Below, one piece after another: positions 41,773 through 52,420 of a stretch of 64,000 bases of DNA. The stretch spans positions 64,001-128,000 of the forward strand of contig CAUVXB020000002.1 of the NCBI GenBank assembly GCA_963555825.3, in the 5' to 3' direction. Under the pieces are notes generated by a model that saw nothing but the letters and a program-made list of their open reading frames with translations, did no database searches and was not told the origin of the DNA. The position numbers and the translations under genes were made by a program. Positions within the stretch are counted from its first letter, which is position 1. Each line of letters starts with the position of its first letter. The DNA is from Alphaproteobacteria bacterium (GTDB lineage: Bacteria > Pseudomonadota > Alphaproteobacteria > JAAXGF01).

Positions 41773-43445
41773 CGGACCGCCTCCGCGACCACGGTGAGGC
41801 TCGCCGCCGCCTCGTGCTCGGTGCCGGCACCCTTGAGCAGGGCGTCGAACGGATCGACCGCGCCCTCGGCCACCAGCTTCCAGATCTTGCCGCCGATCGG
41901 CGCGCCGTCCATCTCCTGGCGCCAGTAGGCCCAGGCGCCCAAGGGATCGCAGTCGCGCACGAAGGCGAGATAACCAGCATCGGGCCGGATGGTCTCGGCG
42001 ATCGCCGTTTGCTCGATATAGCCGTTCCAGGCCCGCGCCGCGACGGCGCCGCCGTCCTCGCGCCGGCACCGGGGACAGCCCTTCGGGTTGCGGTAGCGCA
42101 CCGCACCGTTGCCGCGCAGGCGAGCGGCCAGATTTTCCGGGGCAACGCGTCCCTCGGCGTGCCGCTCGAGGGCGCAATCCGGACACAGGAGCGGCAACAG
42201 GGTCTGCTTCATCAGCAGCGCGACATTGCCGGGCTTGGTCACCTCGGCCACGCCGACGCCCATGTCGATCAGCCGGAACAGGATGGCGTTGGCCGAATGG
42301 ACGTGGATCGTGGTCCATACCTGATGGCCGGTATCGATGAACTGCATCACCTGGCGGGCCGCATCGGCGTCGCGGATCTCGGAAACCATGCCGCTGGCCG
42401 GGTGGATCCGGCAGAAATGCATCAGCGCTTCCTTGAAATGCCCGGCCCGCTCATCGCCCAGGCCCGAGGTCGGCACCGCGATCTGGACGGCGCCCGGAAT
42501 GCGGTATTCGACCGGGTCCTCGATGGTCACCAGATTGAGCTGGCCGTCGAACTCGGCCATCTGCAGGGCGAGATTGACGGCCAGTGTGGTCGACTTGCCG
42601 TCGCCCGCGGTGCCGCCGATGAAGACGCCGCCATGGGGCGCCATGCGGATCCCGGCAAACAGGGCTGCTTCGGTTGCCGAGAAACCGAGCCGCTCCAGGG
42701 TCATGCCGGCATCGAGCCGGTCGGCATAGAACATGCGCGCGAACAGGTGATCGCCGTCGGGCTCGTGCGGGCCGCGCTGGCAGCGCAGCGCCGAGATGCC
42801 CGCCGGCAGCGGCACCTGGCCGCCGGCGCGGATCGAGAAGCCCTGGAAGGAGCCCCGCCGGTAGCTCGTCTGGGACGAGCCCTCGTCCTTGCAATGGAAC
42901 AGGAAACCGGCGGCCTCGCGGCCCTCCTCGGCCGTCATCGGCTCGGCCAGCTGCAGCTTGCGGTCGTTGACGATGGCGAAGACATGACAGGCGCCGCCGC
43001 CGGTCTGGAACACCACATCGCTCGCCCGCGCCGCCGCCGCATCCTCGAACAGGCGTTTGATCCGGCGAGCCGCCGCTTCGCCCGCCGCCGGTGAGGACGC
43101 GGCGCCCGCTGCCCGCCAGCATTCGGCGATCTCTTCGAGGGTTGCGGGTTCTTCGGCAACCGCGCTCGGGATGGCGCCGCTCTGGCGCAGCGCCAGTAGC
43201 GCGGAGCGCAACCGGGCGTCAGCCTCATAGCCACGCGCGATCAGGCAACGCCCGCCGGCGAACACCGCGCAGATGCGCCGGAACCGGACGTCCATCGCGG
43301 GGACGCGGAGCAATCGGTTGGCGTCCGGGATATCCGTCGGGGGGACGCCGTTGCGCCTGCCGGGCCGGGCAAAAAAGCGCGCGAAGGCCTTGGCCATGGT
43401 CTTGGCGGTGGTGTCGGGACGGGTGCTTGCCGGTTGCCGGGTCAT
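41769..43445 (-). CDS. pilQ: PilQ/GspE-like assembly ATPase
   Basis: ASDV, GTAGDGKSTT, TIEDPVEY, SEIRD, TGHQVWTTIH and two CxxC motifs. Confidence 0.9.
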   Translation of the reverse strand: MTRQPASTRPDTTAKTMAKAFARFFARPGRRNGVPPTDIPDANRLLRVPAMDVRFRRICAVFAGGRCLIARGYEADARLRSALLALRQSGAIPSAVAEEPATLEEIAECWRAAGAASSPAAGEAAARRIKRLFEDAAAARASDVVFQTGGGACHVFAIVNDRKLQLAEPMTAEEGREAAGFLFHCKDEGSSQTSYRRGSFQGFSIRAGGQVPLPAGISALRCQRGPHEPDGDHLFARMFYADRLDAGMTLERLGFSATEAALFAGIRMAPHGGVFIGGTAGDGKSTTLAVNLALQMAEFDGQLNLVTIEDPVEYRIPGAVQIAVPTSGLGDERAGHFKEALMHFCRIHPASGMVSEIRDADAARQVMQFIDTGHQVWTTIHVHSANAILFRLIDMGVGVAEVTKPGNVALLMKQTLLPLLCPDCALERHAEGRVAPENLAARLRGNGAVRYRNPKGCPRCRREDGGAVAARAWNGYIEQTAIAETIRPDAGYLAFVRDCDPLGAWAYWRQEMDGAPIGGKIWKLVAEGAVDPFDALLKGAGTEHEAAASLTVVAEAVR

Positions 43446-44320
43446 GAGCCGTCTCCGGGCCGCGCTTGGTAGGGCAACGCGCGATCGTCGGAACCCTCGA
43501 TTTGCACGCCGGGCGGGCGCGCGGCGATCCGGCCGATCCGGACATCGCCGGGGAGCGGATCGCCCTCGCGCACGAACCAGACCCGCCGCCCATCGGTGAC
43601 GCCGGCGCGCAGATCGCCCGCCATCCCGAGAATTGAGAACCAGCCATAGCGCGGCGCTGCCGGCGCGGCTTTCGCCGGCTTTTGCGCAGTCGTGGAGGGC
43701 GGCAGCTTTGCGGGGACCGTGTTCAATTGCGGCATGACCGAAGGAACGGTGGCGGCCACCGCCGGGGATCGATTTGCGGCGGCCGGTTCCGCCGGCGCGC
43801 GGAGCGCCCGCAACTGGGCCTCGGTCTCGAATATCCCGGTCACGATCAGCTGGCGCTCATGGCATAGCTTCAGGGTCTCGTGCTCGATCGCCAGGGCGGA
43901 CAGCGCGTCTTGCCTTTCCGCCACACCCGCGAGCAGCCGGGTCAGCAGATCGCGCGGACAGCCCGCGATGACGGATGCAGCCATCGGCGGTATCGGGATG
44001 GCGAAATTCGGGGCGGGTGCGGCTGGAGTCCCGGCTTCTTTGTCCGGGCCTGCCGGTTGCGGTTGCCCGGCCGCCCTGCGGTCCAGCACGCGAAGCAGAC
44101 GGCTGCGGCCCGCGGCATTCGCAGCGCCCGTGGATGGCGCCATTGGCGGGACGGAAAGCCCCGGCTTTGAATTCATCGCGGCGGAACCGGCCGCCGCCGG
44201 CTCGGGTGATTGCGATCCCGGCGCGGGCGGTGAAACCGCGTCCAGCGCGGAGGCACCCGGTGCCGCCACCATCGCCACGAGGCAGGCGCCAAGAGTGCGA
44301 AGATGTGCCGCGGCGGTCAT
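43442..44320 (-). CDS. PilP-like exported pilus biogenesis protein
   Basis: Signal peptide, coiled coil, and C-terminal SILG..LRA..VREGDPLPG..I motif; lies upstream of pilQ. Confidence 0.6.
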   Translation of the reverse strand: MTAAAHLRTLGACLVAMVAAPGASALDAVSPPAPGSQSPEPAAAGSAAMNSKPGLSVPPMAPSTGAANAAGRSRLLRVLDRRAAGQPQPAGPDKEAGTPAAPAPNFAIPIPPMAASVIAGCPRDLLTRLLAGVAERQDALSALAIEHETLKLCHERQLIVTGIFETEAQLRALRAPAEPAAANRSPAVAATVPSVMPQLNTVPAKLPPSTTAQKPAKAAPAAPRYGWFSILGMAGDLRAGVTDGRRVWFVREGDPLPGDVRIGRIAARPPGVQIEGSDDRALPYQARPGDGS

Positions 44321-45539
44321 TCGGGCGTCCACCCGAGATGGGCGGCGAGCGCGCGCCAGGGATAGCTGTTGGCCGCCGCCGCGCCATCGAGGGTCACGAT
44401 CAGTTCGCCGCGCGACCAGCGCCACGCACCGGGCGTCCCGCGACTGCCGTTGCCGTCTCCCAATACCGCGGTAAGAGTTCCGTCCGCCCGGAAGCGGAAG
44501 GCGGAATCCTTGGCCTCCATGAAGGGCAGCGTGACCGGGCCGCTCTGCGCCGCCAGCCAATCGGTCAGCCGCATCGCGGCGTAGCGTTCTCCGGTGGGCA
44601 GCAGCGGCAGCGCGTCGCCGACCCGGAAACGCGGACGCAACGGAAGGCGTTCATAGTGCAGCGCGATCTCCGCGCCGCCCGCCGCCGGCACGAGATGGCC
44701 GGTATCGGCGATGCCGCCGGTACCGCCGCTGCCGTCGAGCAGCCACAACTCGTCGCGGTCCCGGCCGAGCACCAGAACGTGGCGCGCACCGGCATTGTCG
44801 ACCAGCACCCGGCCGTCGTTATCTTCGAGGAAGCGCTTGAGCGCCGCCGCCGGCAGGGTTGCATGGCCCCCCGACGCCGCGATGCCGGTGGCTCCCGGTC
44901 CGCGCAGTTCGGAGCCCGGAAAGCCGCGCAGCGGCGCGTCCGTATCCTGCGCCATCATCTTGTCGAACGCGGTCGAGGTCTGCTTCTCGTTGACCGGCAG
45001 GTCCGCCGGCAACGCCACGTCCGGGCAGGCGTCCTTCATCGCCCGCGGCCAGCTTTCCTGAACCCAGCCGCGCGAAGCCACCGCCCAGACACCGGACGCG
45101 GCTCCCAACGCCTCGTTGTGCAGCACGCCCGTGGCGGGATCGTAAAAGACCGGGGTGTGGCCGCGCCGCTGCCCGGGATCCGGCGCCACGCCCGGCTCGG
45201 TGAAATTGTAGAGCGCGCGGAACTCGCGGGACGGCACCACCCGCCAGCGCGCGGTTCCGGGCGCATAGGCGCCGCCGAGATGGGCGCAGGCGCGAAGCGT
45301 GCCGTCCGGGCCGTGATAATGCGCCCAGACGGTATTGCGGTCTCCAGCGCGCCGCGAGTTCGGCCGCTCCAGGATCCAGACGCGGCCTTCGAGCAGGCCG
45401 GTGAAGAAGCCGGCGGCGTGGGAGCTGTAGTTCGGTGAGGCGGGCGCGGCTTGCGCTGCCGCGTTATCCGCCATGAGAGCGGTCGCCATCATTGCGGCTA
45501 GCGGCCAGCGACAGGGGTTGAATTCCGTGTCATCGTCAT
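44317..45539 (-). CDS. Exported hypothetical protein (apparent frameshift near 45505)
   Basis: AAGGAG RBS and ATGA overlap at 45539; signal peptide ending AAA|Q; ~400-aa body. Confidence 0.6.
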
Positions 45540-47155
45540 GCTCCTTTGGTGGTGTTTGCGCCGGCGGCCATGCGGCCTGGCCGGTTCCGCCCAGCGCGCG
45601 GCGAGACGGCGCACCATGGCGGCATAGATCCCGAACGCGCCGTCCTCGTCGCCCGCGGCGATAGCCGCGATGGCCGCGTCGATGCGGCCGCCGATCCAGT
45701 CCCAGTCCGAATGCCCTTGGGGAATCGCGGCGGCGATGCGGGGCGCGATTCGTAATATTCGGCAACCAGCGCCCGGCGTTTGGGCGTTTTCATCATGTAG
45801 CCGTCGCGGAAACGCCGCAGCGCGGTCAGGGTCGGCCCGCCGTCCGCTTCGATGCCGCGCCGCTCGACAATCGCCGTGGTCAGGAAGCAGTCGCCACCAT
45901 CTCCACCTCCGTCGCCACCACAAGAGTCCTCGTCGGCGCCCAAATCTCCGTCCAGGTCGCAGGAATCGCCGCCCACGCCGCCCGCCCCGCCATCGCCTTC
46001 GCCGCCGCCGCCATCGCCGCCCCAGTCCGGCGGGATCACGGCCCGGCAGCTGTCCGTCTCCAGAATCCAGGGGCCATGGGAGATCCGTACGACGGGCTCC
46101 GCGTCCCACGGGAACTGGGTCGCCCGCCGGGTCGCGGTGCGCCGGTAGTCCTGACTTCCCGTGTAGCCGGACGGGCAGCCATCGGTCATGGCTTCGGTTT
46201 GCGCGGTCTCCGTCACCACCGCCTTCGGCGGCACGGGAACCTTGCCGGTCCAGCAGCTCGTCGAGACGAACTCGGGCGGACCCAGCGTCTCGCCCTCCGC
46301 CGTCACGCTCTTCAGCCGGCGCCAGATCTCGCGGCCTTCCATGCGCCGGTTGTGCGGCGGCCCGGCGTCCCAGTGGCAGACCAGCGTGTAGTTCTCCCAG
46401 GCCGTGTAATCGGCCCGGCATTCGTCGATCAGAAGCTGCCAGGGGCCATGGACCGGATCGCCCACCGGGTTGCCGCGTTCGTCATGGGTTTGGGCGGCCT
46501 CGCGCACACTTGTGCGGCCCTGGCCGTGCTCACCGGCGGCACAATCCTCGACCCGGCGTTCGCGGCTCACGCGCTCGTTGGTGTGGGCGTAGGGATCGCG
46601 CACCGTGCCGGCGAGCGCGGCGCGGCCCGAGGGCAGCGGCCCGCCGAAAGCGGTATCGGACAGGCAGGCGGGGAGCGTCACCGAAGGGCGGCCCGCCGCG
46701 CCCGTGGCCCGGCCTGCCTCCAGCCAGTGCAGCACCGGCGCCTGGCCATTCGCTCCGCCGCCGGCGTAGGCATGGGGCGCTGCCTGGACCGCGCGGTGAT
46801 CGCGGCCGACGCCCTTGAGGCGCTCCGGGCGCGAGATAGACCAGCAGCGTGTCTTCGCAATAACGCGCCCGCACGCCACGCAGCGTCCAATCGGCAAGCC
46901 AGCCGCTGCCGGCCGGCGGGACCGCGCCGCTCCAGCCCGAGACGCTTGCGCCATCCGGATCGGGTGAGCCGGCGGAGCCCTCGAGAATATAGCTCTCCAG
47001 GCGGCGCCAGGCCGTGGTCACCGCGCGGGCGTGGGCCAGCGCTTCCTGACGGTAGACACGTTCGTTCGCGGATTGCTGCGCACCGCCGGGGCGGCACTGA
47101 GAAGCGCGCACAGGCTGACCCCGGCCAGCATGGTGGCGCGGAATGTTCTACTCAT
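45536..47155 (-). CDS. Exported Cys-rich protein with C-terminal CFI-box-like domain (several apparent frameshifts)
   Basis: GGAGG RBS, signal peptide, Cys-rich repeats, G/D-rich linker, then GGDCFLTTA...LRRFRD...VAEYY. Confidence 0.6.
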
Positions 47156-48468
47156 GGGTTGCCTCCTCGTTTGGAAACTGTTCGGAATTGCTTGCCGGGG
47201 CGCGGGCCGGCTCACGGAATCCCGCACGCGTCATCGCCTCCGGCGCCACGGGGCGGCCATGCAGGCGCCATCCCCCGTCAGCACCGAGATCCAGCGCGGT
47301 GATCTCGAGACCAGCGAGGCCGCCGGAAACGCGGAATTGATCGGCAAGGCGCGGCAACGGGCCGGGATGGCCGATCCGGACGGTCCAGCCGCCTTGTGGG
47401 CCGCGTGCGTAGTCGATCCGCGCCCCACGAAGGCCAAGTTCACGGTCGACAGCACGGCGAAACGCCAGGAATAGGGGCGGCGCGGTCTCGACGATGCGCA
47501 GCACGGGGGCCAGCGGGAGGACCGCCCAGGCGCTCGCATCGACCACGGACGCGGCGTACCAGCGCGACAGGTGTTGCTCGGCGAGTTGCCGGTGCAGGGG
47601 CTCGGCGTGGCCGGGCGCCAGCCGCCAGCGCGCCAGCATGACCGCGCGGCCCGCCAGTTCGGGGCGGAGCGCGGCAAGTTCGGGATCGGAAAAGCGGGCG
47701 GCGCAGGTAAGGCTCTCGATCCGCCAGGCCGGCAGCCAGGGCGGATAATCGATCAATGCCCGCCGGCAGGCTTCTATCAGGGCGGCGCTATCGACCGCGA
47801 CCGCGAGATCCGGCTCGGCCGGCGGCGCGATGGCAGTCACGGGTTCCGGCCCGCCGCCGATCCAATCCAGGAGCGCATCGCGCTGCAGCCAGGCGGCCGA
47901 CCCGCCGGCAAAAATAGCGGGACAACAGCAGGGCCAGCGCCAGGTGGGCGCGCCCAAGTCTCGTAAACGGCGCGCGGCGGAGCACATTCTCCGGCGCGGC
48001 GGCGAGACTCGAAACATCGAGTTCAGTGACTTCGCGGTCCGCGCCGCCGGCGAGCAGGCCGGGCGTCGCGTAAAGGTCCCAGCCCAGCGTCCGCGCGCGG
48101 GTGAAAGCTTCGACGGCGGCATCCCGGTTGCTGAATACTTCGTCGCCATCGGCAAGCACGGCGCCGTCGCGAACTTTTGTCAGCGCGAAACGCCCGCTGC
48201 CGCCGCTATCGCCCGGAGCCGCATCGCCCGCGACCAGAGCCATCCAGAACTCGCTCTCGATCGAATCGACCAACGCCAACGCCAGCGCCGGAAGCCCCTC
48301 CGTTGCATCGTCTTCGGTGCCGCCGGCATAGCCGGTCTGACCCGCCCGGTGGACGCACCAGGGCCGCGCGAAGCGGCGCGCGGCGCGTGCCGTGGCGGCC
48401 GGACCGGACCGCTCGAGCCAGTAGAGCCCGGCCGCGAAGGGACGTCCGTTAATGAGAATGGTGCTCAA
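47148..48468 (-). CDS. PilO-like pilus accessory protein (apparent frameshift near 47910)
   Basis: INGRPFAAGLYW N-terminus, central TM helix, and position directly after the secretin gene. Confidence 0.7.
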
Positions 48469-50150
48469 AACGCCATCCCCCGGACTTCCGCGATGCCCAG
48501 CGGCTCGCCGATGTCCGCGGTTATCAGAAGCACCTGTTCGATACGCGCCGTGGACGCCTTGCGCCCGCCGTCGGGCAGCGGCAGATCGGCGTCGAAGGTG
48601 CCGGAACGCTGGGCGCTTGCGCTGCGGTCGGAAAATCCGGTCACCATCAGCGTCTCGCCACGGCCGATCTTCTGCGTCACCTGAATGGCGCGGCTGGCAT
48701 AGGCCGGGAGCTGGATCGTCTGATTGTTCGAAGTGAACGCAGTGAAAGACGGGCGGTCGCGCAGGCTCGCGAACAGCCGCACCAGCACCTCGCCGGGACC
48801 GGTGATGCGGGGCAGGTAGCTCACCGCGAAGCCTGACGAGACCGTGCCCGGCACGAGTTCGGTCTGGGCGATGCCATCGCCCGCCGTGGTGCGCAGTTCG
48901 CGCAGATAGGCTTCCTGGAAGAGCTCGAAGAACTGCGCCGGCTTGCCGTTCAGCGACGGAATATCGGCCGACAGCACCCGCGAGACCGCGCCCGCGCTGT
49001 TCAATGCCCGCACCGTCGCCGACAGCGTATCGCCGCTCTCGCCGCCGGGAGAGGGCTTGATCAGCGCCACCGCGTTGGACCCCACGCTGACGCGCAGCGC
49101 CTCGCCGAGCAGCCGGGCGATCGAGAAGCTGAGGCCGAGATCGTAGTCCGCCTCGCGCTCGACCCGCACCGAATAGACGTGCACCGACAGGGTGACGGGC
49201 CGCAGCACCTCGCGGTTGAGATAGCCGAGGTACGCGCGCGCCCGGGCGATATCGCGGGGCGTGCCGCTCACCGTCACCGAGGCGCTCGACGGCGCAACCG
49301 ACAGCCGGGTTCCCGGATCGAGCAGCCCTTTTAACTGGCCTTCGATCTCGGGCCACGGGTCGTAATCCGTCTCGGTCGATATGGTCTGGCTGGTGAGGTT
49401 GCCCCCGCCGCTGCCCTCGCCATCACCGCCCGCGGCGCTGTCCTGGGTCGAGGACGACACGGTGTAGCGCTGTTTGCCGGCCAGCGCGTGAATCTGAAAG
49501 ATCGCGGAACGGCGGCGCACGATCTCGATGGCCTGCCGGTCCGCATCGTAACGCCACTCGTAACCGGAGGGTTCAGTCCACGAATCAAGCAGTGCGTCGA
49601 GCGGGCCGGTCCAGATGCCCCCGTCCGGCGACAGCCCATCACGGACAGCCTCGCCAAATACATTCACGGACGGATCGCCGTCCGTGCCGTTGCCCGTCCG
49701 GCGCGGGGGGCCGGTAAACCGCACGGCAAGGCCGGTTGCCGCCTCGATACGTCCCGCCAGCGTTGCCGGCGCGCCGATACCCGCAAGCGGCAGGGTCACT
49801 GCGTCCGCGCGGCGGTAGCGCGCCGGCAAATCCGCGCGCGGGTCGGGCTCGATGGGTGTCAATCCAACATAGGGACGGCGCTCTATAAGGCGCACCGTGG
49901 ACAGGCGCGGCCCGGCTTGCGGGGCTCCCGGAGCCGAAGCCCCCGATCCCCTGAGGGCCGAGACCTGCCGCGCGACATCTCCGGTTTCCATCCGCGCGCG
50001 CTCGACCTCCGCCAGGCCGCAGCCGGAAAGCGTGGCGAGCATTATTGCGAAACAACCGGATCGGGTTGAATGGGTCCGTAATCCGGGGTTCCGGAGCGCA
50101 CAAAGGCGGTGAACGGCCATTTGCCTTGCTTCCCGTGCAAGGCGCTTCAT
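48465..50150 (-). CDS. pilN: PilN/BfpB-like lipoprotein secretin
   Basis: Lipobox LSGC, DPWPEIE, VTVSGTP, LNGKPA, PGTVSSGF, TIQLP and GETLMVTGF motifs. Confidence 0.88.
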   Translation of the reverse strand: MKRLAREARQMAVHRLCALRNPGLRTHSTRSGCFAIMLATLSGCGLAEVERARMETGDVARQVSALRGSGASAPGAPQAGPRLSTVRLIERRPYVGLTPIEPDPRADLPARYRRADAVTLPLAGIGAPATLAGRIEAATGLAVRFTGPPRRTGNGTDGDPSVNVFGEAVRDGLSPDGGIWTGPLDALLDSWTEPSGYEWRYDADRQAIEIVRRRSAIFQIHALAGKQRYTVSSSTQDSAAGGDGEGSGGGNLTSQTISTETDYDPWPEIEGQLKGLLDPGTRLSVAPSSASVTVSGTPRDIARARAYLGYLNREVLRPVTLSVHVYSVRVEREADYDLGLSFSIARLLGEALRVSVGSNAVALIKPSPGGESGDTLSATVRALNSAGAVSRVLSADIPSLNGKPAQFFELFQEAYLRELRTTAGDGIAQTELVPGTVSSGFAVSYLPRITGPGEVLVRLFASLRDRPSFTAFTSNNQTIQLPAYASRAIQVTQKIGRGETLMVTGFSDRSASAQRSGTFDADLPLPDGGRKASTARIEQVLLITADIGEPLGIAEVRGMAF

Positions 50151-50227
50151 GATCCCCGCCTTACCCGGCGAACCGGCGGAGATAGCTCCCCGGCTTGTCC
50201 TTGATCCGGCGCACCCCGGGCCGTCCA

Positions 50228-50902
50228 TCACGCCGTCCGCCGGGCCGAACCGCCCACGTCGGAGGTCGAGCTGTAGCGGCGTTCCGCCGCCCACGCCTCG
50301 ACATCGGCGCGGGCGTAGCGCACCCGGTTGCCGAACTTGTGAAACTTGGGACCCCCGCCGCTGACCCGGTAGCGGTCCAGCGTGCGTGGGCTCAGGCCCA
50401 GAAAGGCCGCCAACTCGCGCGTGCCCATGTAAATCGCGTCGTCGTCCATCCCGGCCTCCCATTGCTTGGCGCAGTCGACGGGAACGGCCGGAACGTCGTC
50501 CTCGACCGCCGCGCGTACCGCCAGGCGCTCGGCCTCGCTCGACTGGCTTTCCATCCAGGCGCTCACCCGGTCGCAGGTATCGAGGCGCGGCGAGGCGCCC
50601 TGGCGCAGCCGCCTGACGAAGCACGGATCCCCCACCGCCTCCTGGCCAAGCAGAGAAGCCTTGGTGCGGGTTATGGCGATGAACGCCTCGACCTCGCGCC
50701 GGAAAGCCGGGCCGAACGGTTCCTCGCCCATGTAGGCGAGTATCCGGTCGGCGCTGCCGAGCCTGATCACGCGGCCCGCGGCGATGCGCGCCACCAACGA
50801 GGGGTTGCCGGCGGTTTCCAGGCCGAACCGGCCGCGGCTCATGCCGCGGCGGGCGAGGAAACCATCGATGCTGTTCTTGAGAATTGTGTTCCGGCTTGTC
50901 AT
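50228..50902 (-). CDS. Regulator with two Cro-like repeats plus AlpA/excisionase-type HTH
   Basis: Internal repeat (FG.ETAGNPSLVARIAAGR / LG.EAVGDPCFVRRLRQGA), then TRELAAFLGLSPRTLDRYR..GPKF..VRY...VEAW. Confidence 0.8.
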   Translation of the reverse strand: MTSRNTILKNSIDGFLARRGMSRGRFGLETAGNPSLVARIAAGRVIRLGSADRILAYMGEEPFGPAFRREVEAFIAITRTKASLLGQEAVGDPCFVRRLRQGASPRLDTCDRVSAWMESQSSEAERLAVRAAVEDDVPAVPVDCAKQWEAGMDDDAIYMGTRELAAFLGLSPRTLDRYRVSGGGPKFHKFGNRVRYARADVEAWAAERRYSSTSDVGGSARRTA

Positions 50903-50904
50903 GA

Positions 50905-50965
50905 ACCAGAACCTAAGAGGAACATTTATCGTTGACAATAGGTTTCAATAGGATATAAGCTACAA
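50905..50965. promoter_or_regulatory. Overlapping divergent sigma70-like promoters and operator repeats
   Basis: Plus strand TTGACA(50932)-16-TATAAG; minus strand TTGTCA-17-TAGGTT; CAATAGG repeated at 50936 and 50946. Confidence 0.6.
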
Positions 50966-50968
50966 AAC

Positions 50969-51685
50969 ATGACAGACATGCGCGGAGCTACGATGGAACG
51001 CGACCCGGTACGGCAAAAACTCAAAGATTTGTTGTGGAAACGCGGCCTCACCATGGCCGCCGCCTCGCTTGCGCTGGGCAGAAACCGGGCCTATCTGCAC
51101 CAGTATCTTGAGCGCGGCCTGCCCAAGGTGCTGAACTACCCCGACAGCGTGACCCTTGGCGTACTGCTCGATTGCGACCCGGCCGAGCTGCGCCACGATA
51201 CGGTGCCGAAACGCAAGCCGGCGAACAGGACGCGGCGCATCCCCCCGGCCGGCATTCCCGGAGCCCCTCTATCCGCGATCTCCGAGATGGAAGTCGAAGC
51301 CGCCGCCGGTCCAGGAGCTTTGAACGAGGAGTTCGCCACCGAGAAGGCGCGCTGGTATCTGCCCGAGGGCATGATCCGCCACGAGGCCGATGCGAACCCC
51401 GAGGGCCTGCGCATCCTGCGCCTACGCGGCAACTCGATGGAGCCCGAGATGAGCGCGGGCGACCGGCTCGTCGTCGACACCGCCCGGCGTATCCCCGCAA
51501 CCGGCGAGATGGCCGTGCTGTGGGACGGTAATGGCCTCGTGGTCAAGCGGATCGAGACGGTGCGTGAGCCCGGGCCGCCCCGATTGCGTCTGATCTCCAC
51601 CAACCCGGACTATGCGCCCTATACCTGCCTTGCCCAGGAGGCGCACATCGTCGGCAGGGTGCTGTGGTCCATCAGGCGGGTGTGA
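50969..51685 (+). CDS. CI/LexA-like repressor with S24 autopeptidase domain
   Basis: N-terminal HTH (ASLALGRNRAYLHQY), AG cleavage site (AAAGPG), catalytic GNSMEP and VVKRI. Confidence 0.9.
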   Translation: MTDMRGATMERDPVRQKLKDLLWKRGLTMAAASLALGRNRAYLHQYLERGLPKVLNYPDSVTLGVLLDCDPAELRHDTVPKRKPANRTRRIPPAGIPGAPLSAISEMEVEAAAGPGALNEEFATEKARWYLPEGMIRHEADANPEGLRILRLRGNSMEPEMSAGDRLVVDTARRIPATGEMAVLWDGNGLVVKRIETVREPGPPRLRLISTNPDYAPYTCLAQEAHIVGRVLWSIRRV

Positions 51686-52420
51686 ACGGCGGCGGCACCT
51701 GCCGGCAGGAAAGGGTTTCCGGTCCGCATGAGGATGCAGCGAAGGAGATTACCCGCCTACGCCGAGAGCGTGATCTGGCCCGTCAGGAACGTGATCTGCT
51801 AAAAAAAGCGCTGGCCTTCTTCGCCAGGGAAAGTCGATGAGGTTCCGGTTCATCGACGCGGAGAGGGCCGGGTTGGCGATGCCGATATTCCGCCTGTGCA
51901 GACTGCTGCAGGTCAGCGTCTCAGGCTTCTACGCTTGGCGCAATCGCGGCCCAAGCCAGCGACAGCTCGATGACATGGTTCTACTCGCCCATGTCCGGGC
52001 AGCCTTTCGGCGCAGCCGCGAGAGCTACGGTGCAGAGCGGGTCCATCACGAGCTTGCCGGGATGGGATCGAGGTTGGACGCCATAGGGTGGCTCGGCTGA
52101 TGCGGGGAAATGGGTTGTCTCCAAAACGGAAACAGAAGTTCAAAAAGACGACGGACAGCCAGCACAACAAGGCCGTCGCATCGAACCTTCTCGACCAGAA
52201 CTTCTCCGCCGAGGCACCCAACGAGAAATGGGCTGCCGACATCAGCTATATCTGGACGGCACAGGGCTGGCTGTACCTGGCCGTCATGCTCGACCTCTAC
52301 TCCCGGCGCGTCATCGGCTGGGCCGTGGGCGCTCGCATGACCAGCGACCTGCCGCTCAGGGCGCTTAACCGTGCTATCGGGCTGCGCCAACCTGGCGCCG
52401 GTGTGATCCACCATAGCGAT

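Noticed and set aside
50228-51685. Prophage
   Set aside because: Only the CI/Cro-like pair is present; no capsid, terminase, tail or lysis genes.
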